DNA of 15,913 nt from Candidatus Geocrenenecus huangii (GTDB taxonomy: Archaea; Thermoproteota; Nitrososphaeria_A; Caldarchaeales; Wolframiiraptoraceae). The stretch covers positions 1 through 15,913 of the forward strand of contig JALNLM010000021.1 in assembly GCA_023254095.1 (NCBI GenBank), in the 5' to 3' direction. The position numbers and the translations under genes are program-made. The notes beneath the pieces are model-generated. The model ran no database searches. It was not told the origin of the DNA and saw only the letters and a list, made by a program, of their open reading frames with translations. This document shows, in pieces, positions 1 through 5,251 of the stretch (positions are counted from its first letter, which is position 1; the number at the start of each line of letters is the position of its first letter).

Positions 1-302
1 CGCGACGTTCAATGGCGGGGACAGAGGGTTGCCACCCCGAAAGGGGGAGCTAATCCCTAAACCCCGCCGTGGTTGGGATCGAGGGTTGCAACTCGCCCTC
101 GTGAACGCGGAATCCCTAGTAACCGCGTGTTAAAACCGCGCGGTGAATACGTCCCCGCTCCTTGCACACACTGCCCGTCGCTCCACCCGAGTTGGGTCTG
201 GGCGAGGCTTAGTCGTGTTGGCTAGGTCGAGCCTGGACCTGGCAAGGGGGGAGAAGTCGTAACAAGGTGGCCGTACGGGAACGTGCGGCCGGATCACCTC
301 CT
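1..302 (+). rRNA. rrs: 16S rRNA, 3' portion (5' part outside window)
   Basis: Conserved SSU blocks: GGAATCCCTAGTAA (109-122), GGTGAATACGT (142-152), TTGCACACACTGCCCGTC (162-179), AAGTCGTAACAAGGT (253-267), helix 45 with GGAA loop (269-290) and anti-SD GGATCACCTCCT (291-302). Archaeal type and very GC-rich. Confidence 0.99.
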
Positions 303-317
303 ACCGCCAATTCTTGC

Positions 318-332
318 CTGGAGCTTCTCCAG
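318..332 (+). other. Hairpin in pre-16S 3' trailer
   Basis: CTGGAG-CTT-CTCCAG, extendable by TCTT (312-315) / AAGA (333-336) across a 2-nt bulge. Probably part of the trailer or processing structure; the partner 5' leader is outside the window. Confidence 0.4.
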
Positions 333-397
333 AAGAGTGTGATAGAGGCCCTGTGTTATCTCCGGTTCGAGAGAATTCTTTACTTGGGATGTGTTAC

Positions 398-1543
398 TTA
401 CCCTTCTGCAGAGATTATTACTGTTCTCAGCCTGCCATACATTATTTCTCTAGTTGAGACTATTCTATAGTTGTTTTCTCTCAGAATGCTGGTAAGCGTC
501 TTAGGTTTAGAGACGATGACTGTAAGCCTCGAGTTTGGAGAAGCTCTCCTAATATTCTCGATAAATCTACTATAGAATTCTACTATGTTTCCTATATTCA
601 TTCTTACCCCGTATGGTGGGTTCGTGATTACGTGGCTCGGCTCCCAATTAAGCCACTCGCTAATCTTTAGGCAATCTCTAACCTCTATCCTCACAGTATC
701 AGATACACCTGCGGCTTCAACGTTCCTCTTAGCATACTCGGCACTCTTGGGTGAGACATCACTCCCAACGATCTCTGCTAAAGCATCTCTGTCAATGCTT
801 TCTTCAATTTTCTTTCTTAGTTCTTGAATAAACAATGAGTCGACGAACTTTAACTTCTCAATGTCCAGCTCTCTCCTCATAAATCCCGGAGGAATATTCT
901 TCAACTTTATAGCCGCTTCTATAGGTATCGTTCCACCACCACACATAGGATCTAGCAAGCTTTGATTCTTTCCCCACCCAGATATCTTGATCATTGCGGA
1001 GGCGATAGTAGACTGCAACCCAGCTCTATGAGAATATGCCTTGTAGTATCTCTTATGCAGGGATTCTCCAGTAGTGTTTAGGCCTAGAAACATCTTCGAA
1101 TCTCTAAGTAGACAATAAAATTCGAGGTCTGGGTTATCGAGGTCGACTCTTAACTTTATCTTTGTAGATTCTGCAAAGCTTTCGATAATCGCTCGACCTA
1201 TGGATGCTGCAGCATTAATACTAGTGAATGGGAGCTTCTTGTCATGCCTCTCAGCTTTAACGGCGAATGTTTGATTCGGCTCAATGAGCCATGAATAGTC
1301 TAATCTTCTTGCAACATTATACAAGTCTTCTAAGGTTTGTATCTCTTCCCTCTCTAAAAGTAGGTAAACCTTATTGACCATTGTAGATGAATAATTGATC
1401 TTGGCGGCATGTTCAATGGTTCCCTCAAAGAAGACTTTACCGACATCTGGTTGGGTAGGAAGACCGGTTAGTTCTTCGATCTCTCTTGCAGCGAGGTCTT
1501 CCAGCCCACTAATGGTCGTAGCGAACCACTCAAAATATTCCAT
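398..1543 (-). CDS. trm14: THUMP-domain tRNA (guanine-N2) methyltransferase, Trm14/TrmN (RlmL-like) family
   Basis: N-terminal ATTISGLEDLAAREI, THUMP-type TFAVKAERH...VDLDNPD, GESLHKRYY, SAM motif LLDPMCGGGTIPIEAA and N-methyltransferase motif TNPPYG. Start moved from TTG 1567 to ATG 1543, which has GGTGGAG upstream. Confidence 0.85.
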   Translation of the reverse strand: MEYFEWFATTISGLEDLAAREIEELTGLPTQPDVGKVFFEGTIEHAAKINYSSTMVNKVYLLLEREEIQTLEDLYNVARRLDYSWLIEPNQTFAVKAERHDKKLPFTSINAAASIGRAIIESFAESTKIKLRVDLDNPDLEFYCLLRDSKMFLGLNTTGESLHKRYYKAYSHRAGLQSTIASAMIKISGWGKNQSLLDPMCGGGTIPIEAAIKLKNIPPGFMRRELDIEKLKFVDSLFIQELRKKIEESIDRDALAEIVGSDVSPKSAEYAKRNVEAAGVSDTVRIEVRDCLKISEWLNWEPSHVITNPPYGVRMNIGNIVEFYSRFIENIRRASPNSRLTVIVSKPKTLTSILRENNYRIVSTREIMYGRLRTVIISAEG

Positions 1544-1623
1544 ACTGCTCCACCGATTAATCTTCAATAGATGTTAAAGAAAATTCACACTATTCTCCAT
1601 TTTTATCTAGAGTGGTGGACCTG

Positions 1624-2331
1624 TCATTTTTCATAAAATGCCTTTCTAATAGTTCCAAGTCTAACGTCAGTAAATTCTGATAGATTATTGATGAACTCCA
1701 ATGTTTTCCTTAGGGTGGGCTCGGGTAGTTTGAATCCATAATTATCGTATCCTACGTAGACTAGAGATGGAGATATCTCTTTGACTATTTCAGTAAACTC
1801 TTCTATGTCGAATTCGAGTATGGGCTCTATCACTAATGCTTTGTATACGTGATTTAGCTTATTCATCACTTCAATCCTTTCTCCCTGCGGTGGAGCGTTA
1901 GATAAGTTTGGATAGTCTCTATTGCTCTCAATCGTGGCCCCTGCTACAACGTTGTCTGGGAGGCTTATGCTAAGATACCTCTTAGGATTCTTAGTTAGTA
2001 GCAGGAAATGTGTATGAGGTAACATTTTAATCTTAGATAATACTTTGTCTATCCATTCATCTGGAACCCAATCCCCTAACAAGTCTCCCATATCCGAAAC
2101 AAAAATAAAAGAATTCTTTGAGAATCTTTTTCTAAGCCTGTCTTGGATGAAGGCTGGCTGGAATCCCTTCTCAGCGTATGGCTCGACCTCCATTTTAGAG
2201 AGACGCTCAGCATATCTTCTGGCCCAGCAATATATGCATCCATGCATGCATCCCGTAACTGGATTCCACGTACCAGTTATCTCCGGAAGCTTCCTACGAA
2301 CATCTTGGAGTCTTACTTCACGATTCTCCAT
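1624..2331 (-). CDS. DUF5131 (phage Gp37/Gp68) family radical-SAM-like protein
   Basis: TWNPVTGCMHGCIYCWA (CxxxCxxC), IFVSDMGDL, FLLLTKNP, GATIE and IEPIL match recalled DUF5131 motifs. Starts 1 nt after the nuoK stop. Confidence 0.8.
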   Translation of the reverse strand: MENREVRLQDVRRKLPEITGTWNPVTGCMHGCIYCWARRYAERLSKMEVEPYAEKGFQPAFIQDRLRKRFSKNSFIFVSDMGDLLGDWVPDEWIDKVLSKIKMLPHTHFLLLTKNPKRYLSISLPDNVVAGATIESNRDYPNLSNAPPQGERIEVMNKLNHVYKALVIEPILEFDIEEFTEIVKEISPSLVYVGYDNYGFKLPEPTLRKTLEFINNLSEFTDVRLGTIRKAFYEK

Positions 2332-2332
2332 G

Positions 2333-2653
2333 TTATCTTCTTAATCTCCTAAGGATTGTTACGTCTAGCGCACCGTATGTCCTATAAATCTGTACAGCGA
2401 GAAGGATCGCTACAGAGATTATTGCTCCTCCTACTCCTAGTGAGAGTATTACGAAGCTATGAGAGTAGGGGTCTATACCTGTGGGCGTCAATGCAAATGC
2501 GATGAAGTTTAGATGGGCGGCGTTCACCATTAGTTCTATAGCTATTATCTGTTTGACGATGCTCTTCTTCGTTGCGAGACAGTATACTCCGATTGTGAAT
2601 ATTAGTCCTGCAACTATCGGATAGTAGTATAGTGGTAGAGCCAACTCATTCAC
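2333..2653 (-). CDS. nuoK: NADH-quinone oxidoreductase subunit K (ND4L) family
   Basis: Three hydrophobic segments; IFTIGVYCLATKKSIVKQIIAIELMVNAAHLNF with the conserved helix-2 Glu; C-terminal YRTYGALDVTILRRLR. Alternative start TTG 2644 after GAGGTGA. Confidence 0.88.
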   Translation of the reverse strand: MNELALPLYYYPIVAGLIFTIGVYCLATKKSIVKQIIAIELMVNAAHLNFIAFALTPTGIDPYSHSFVILSLGVGGAIISVAILLAVQIYRTYGALDVTILRRLRR

Positions 2654-2906
2654 CTCTCCTCAGTAATGCAACTATAGAGAAAGCTAGCGCTACTGCAACC
2701 AAGATCAGTGCCATGAAGGCCATGTAGAAGTTTTCCCAGATATATTGGCTTATAGCTCTGCCAATCGTATTAAAGTCTAAGGGTTTTATTTCTTCAACAG
2801 TTTTCCTCCATCCTGAATGTATCGGCGGATTACTGGCTAGAGTAAGGAAGAGCAGTGTTGCAAAGATTATTGCTGTAATCGAGCCGAAGACCTGATACCC
2901 TCTCAT
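2646..2906 (-). CDS. NuoJ C-terminal half-like membrane protein (J2)
   Basis: Two TM segments around TIGRAISQYIWENFYMAF, resembling the NuoJ C-terminal 'IG..LF..Y...F' region. Lies between J1 and nuoK; TAATG overlap with J1. Confidence 0.65.
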   Translation of the reverse strand: MRGYQVFGSITAIIFATLLFLTLASNPPIHSGWRKTVEEIKPLDFNTIGRAISQYIWENFYMAFMALILVAVALAFSIVALLRRGE

Positions 2907-3151
2907 TACTCTTCCCTCCTGTTAGTCATCATTATAACTATCATGAGTAGAGCGATTGCTCCACCTGCATAGACCAGTAGAAGCATTAAGCCTACGTGGA
3001 GAGCGTAGAGTAGAATGAAGATGAAGCTTAGAGAGATTATGAAGCCGAGTAAGCCGAATACTGCTCTAATCAAGTTCTCGGATTCTACCGCTATTATCGA
3101 GAAGACTATGAGAGAGATGAATAGAGATACTTCTAGAACTTCTATATTCAT
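2906..3151 (-). CDS. nuoJ: NuoJ N-terminal half (J1), NADH-quinone oxidoreductase subunit J family
   Basis: Three TM helices; SENLIRAVFGL and LLLVYAGGAIALL (NuoJ VYxGA motif). ATG 3151 preferred over 3178 because a TATA-like ATATTTAT lies about 26-33 nt upstream. Confidence 0.8.
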   Translation of the reverse strand: MNIEVLEVSLFISLIVFSIIAVESENLIRAVFGLLGFIISLSFIFILLYALHVGLMLLLVYAGGAIALLMIVIMMTNRREE

Positions 3152-3176
3152 TCTGGATTTACTATCTTCTCCCTCC

Positions 3177-3192
3177 ATAAATATGTTGTCTC
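3177..3192 (-). promoter_or_regulatory. Putative BRE/TATA promoter for nuoJ1-J2-K-DUF5131 (leaderless)
   Basis: Minus strand AGACAAC-ATATTTAT at a spacing typical of leaderless archaeal transcripts ahead of ATG 3151. Confidence 0.45.
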
Positions 3193-3215
3193 ATCATGGT
3201 TTAGGCTAATCAATT

Positions 3216-4376
3216 CTATCCAGCGTATACTTCGACTATATCGAGGTCTCGTAATACATGGTCTGGACCAACCTGCTGTCCTTGAATCTTGACAGACCTA
3301 CCCCATACTCTTGCATACCTTATGTTCCTAGCGAGATCTTTATGGATTCTTTCAGCAAGCTCTCGGACTGTTGCATTCTCTCTCATTACGATCGGCTTCC
3401 TAGAAACTACACCATCTTTCTGAGTGTAAACCCTTATTAATCCGAGGGTCCTGAAGATCCTTTCTTTTAGCTTTTCTAGGTTTTCTTTCTTTTCAGCCGA
3501 GATGAAGGTATACGGTATCTGGAGGTCTTCCATGATATTTTTAAGCTTATTGAGTTCTGAAGGTTCCGCCGCATCTATCTTATTTAATACTATTAATGTC
3601 TTCTTGTATACCGTTTCTCTTATAATTGCTTCCTCAAGGTCTTCTATGGATGCTTCTCCATATATCTTTACTACAGCATTTCTAATACCGACGTTCCTTA
3701 ATAATTCTTCTACTTCTCGGTAAGTTCCATGAAAGTTTCCGAAAGCAACTATTCTAATCCCTCCGCTATCTTTTTTCTCTAATAATATGTCTCCTTTCTT
3801 CGGTTTAATCGAGATTCCCGCCTCATCAAGTAGCTGGAGGATCCTCTCCAGTTGTGTTACTGGATTGTTTAAGCAATCAAGAAGTATTATCACCCCATCT
3901 GAATTCTTAACAAGGCCGAGAGATTTGCTTGTATACTGTGTTTCCTCTAGTTCATCAGTCAAGATTGCAGGGAGTTCTACTAACTGTATCTCCACATCGT
4001 CGTAATACATCATCCCGGGCGTAGGCTTATCTGTCGAGAAGGGGTATGGGGCAACTACAGGCCTAGCATTGGTTAAAGCTCTTAGTAGACTTGATTTACC
4101 AGAGTTTGTTGAACCAATTATTACGACCTGGGAATCCCCCTCCTTAGATATTGTGAAGAAATCCCTACGACCAGTTTTCGTTACAGCTTTTCTCTCAGCT
4201 TCTTTCTTAAGCTCGGCTATTCTCCTCTTCAATTGTCCCCTCAGTTTCTCAGTACCCTTATGGTCTGGGATCAAGCTCAAAGCTTCTTCTAATGCTTTTA
4301 TCTTTTCAGGGATCGACCTAGCTAGCTGATACCTTGCAAGTGCTTTCTGTGCTTCTACTGGGAGATTCGTAGGCAT
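3216..4376 (-). CDS. OBG/DRG-family GTP-binding protein with C-terminal TGS domain
   Basis: N-terminal MPTNLP...PDHKGTEKL, G1 GSTNSGKSS, G2 YPFST, altered G3 ELPA, G4 NKID, G5 SA, TGS YARVWGRSVKIQGQQVGPDHVLRDLDIVE. GGTGA RBS at 4384-4388. Confidence 0.92.
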   Translation of the reverse strand: MPTNLPVEAQKALARYQLARSIPEKIKALEEALSLIPDHKGTEKLRGQLKRRIAELKKEAERKAVTKTGRRDFFTISKEGDSQVVIIGSTNSGKSSLLRALTNARPVVAPYPFSTDKPTPGMMYYDDVEIQLVELPAILTDELEETQYTSKSLGLVKNSDGVIILLDCLNNPVTQLERILQLLDEAGISIKPKKGDILLEKKDSGGIRIVAFGNFHGTYREVEELLRNVGIRNAVVKIYGEASIEDLEEAIIRETVYKKTLIVLNKIDAAEPSELNKLKNIMEDLQIPYTFISAEKKENLEKLKERIFRTLGLIRVYTQKDGVVSRKPIVMRENATVRELAERIHKDLARNIRYARVWGRSVKIQGQQVGPDHVLRDLDIVEVYAG

Positions 4377-4416
4377 CGAAAACTCACCAAGCCTAATTAG
4401 AAGATGATAACGGTTA

Positions 4417-4439
4417 GTTTAAAGGTTAAATTTTTCCGG
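4417..4439 (-). promoter_or_regulatory. Putative promoter of the GTPase gene
   Basis: Minus strand CCGGAAAAA-TTTAAC-CTTTAAAC: a purine-rich BRE followed by TATA-like boxes. Confidence 0.45.
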
Positions 4440-4463
4440 AAGCTTTCAAACCTAAGAATCACA

Positions 4464-4479
4464 TGAAGATTCATCTTCA
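4464..4479. promoter_or_regulatory. Inverted repeat, candidate transcription-factor site
   Basis: TGAAGAT-TC-ATCTTCA, a perfect 7-2-7 repeat in the divergent GTPase / ferritin-like intergenic region. Confidence 0.45.
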
Positions 4480-4509
4480 CAAGTGCGATCAAGAAGCTGT
4501 TCTATTCTT

Positions 4510-4526
4510 GGAAAATCTTTTTATCT
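4510..4526 (+). promoter_or_regulatory. Putative BRE/TATA promoter of the ferritin-like gene
   Basis: GGAAAATC-TTTTTATC about 30 nt before ATG 4555, with no SD visible. Confidence 0.45.
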
Positions 4527-4554
4527 TTGGACATTTAACCTTCTATGATAATCT

Positions 4555-5085
4555 ATGGATTTCGAGAATTTGAGTGAGAGGAAGGATTTAGTTAAGATTC
4601 TCTTCTGTTGTGGTTTGATTGAGGAAAAGATTTCCCAGGCGTATGAGTCTATTGCTTCTAGAATTGATGATGAAGTAGTCAGAGTCTTACTAGAGTACAT
4701 AGCTGAAGATTCACTTAAACATTCAAAGATTCTTCAAGGAGTCTCTAAGTATCTAGGAGTTGATGAGGTCGACATAGAGGAGTGCGGGGAACTTCTAGGA
4801 ATAACTGCAATCCGTATAATCGAAGATTCTAAGAAGTCCATGATGGGGATAGAGAAGATTTCTTTAAAAGAGCTTGCTTCAGAATTCGATGATCTAGTCA
4901 ATCTCGAGAAATACTTCGGAGAAGAATACTTTAACTTGATCCAGATCAAGCTACTGGGCACTCTCATAGAACATGAAGGGATCGAGATAGGCTTTCTAAA
5001 GGATATACTTGAATATATTGTTGAGGATGAAAGGAGACATGAAAAAATTCTTAATGCTATCAAGACATATGCCCTGCAAGGATAG
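4555..5085 (+). CDS. Ferritin-like / rubrerythrin-type four-helix diiron protein
   Basis: Duplicated pattern: IEE..SQAY / YIAEDSLKH and LEKY..EEY / YIVEDERRH. No rubredoxin domain. Confidence 0.75.
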   Translation: MDFENLSERKDLVKILFCCGLIEEKISQAYESIASRIDDEVVRVLLEYIAEDSLKHSKILQGVSKYLGVDEVDIEECGELLGITAIRIIEDSKKSMMGIEKISLKELASEFDDLVNLEKYFGEEYFNLIQIKLLGTLIEHEGIEIGFLKDILEYIVEDERRHEKILNAIKTYALQG

Positions 5086-5251
5086 TGCACAATCTTCGGT
5101 CTACCCGTGATCATGAATGAAATTTAGTCTCCATAGAGAGGAATAGTAGGAAGGAGGTAGGCAATCAAGTAACTTGAATTGATGAGGTTAAGGAGACATA
5201 CGATAATACGAGTTTAGAATATTTTGGAATCTTAAATAGTAGGAGGCATTC

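Noticed and set aside
267-470. 67-aa plus-strand ORF
   Set aside because: Begins inside the 16S rRNA and overlaps trm14 antisense; no recognisable motif.
2900-2912. nuoJ split as a frameshift pseudogene
   Set aside because: Clean TAATG coupling with a purine-rich SD-like run upstream; split NuoJ/FpoJ is known in archaea.
3148-3198. Possible minus-strand C/D-box sRNA starting ATGATGA
   Set aside because: No proper CTGA D box, the would-be guides are AT-rich, and the region is better explained as the nuoJ promoter.
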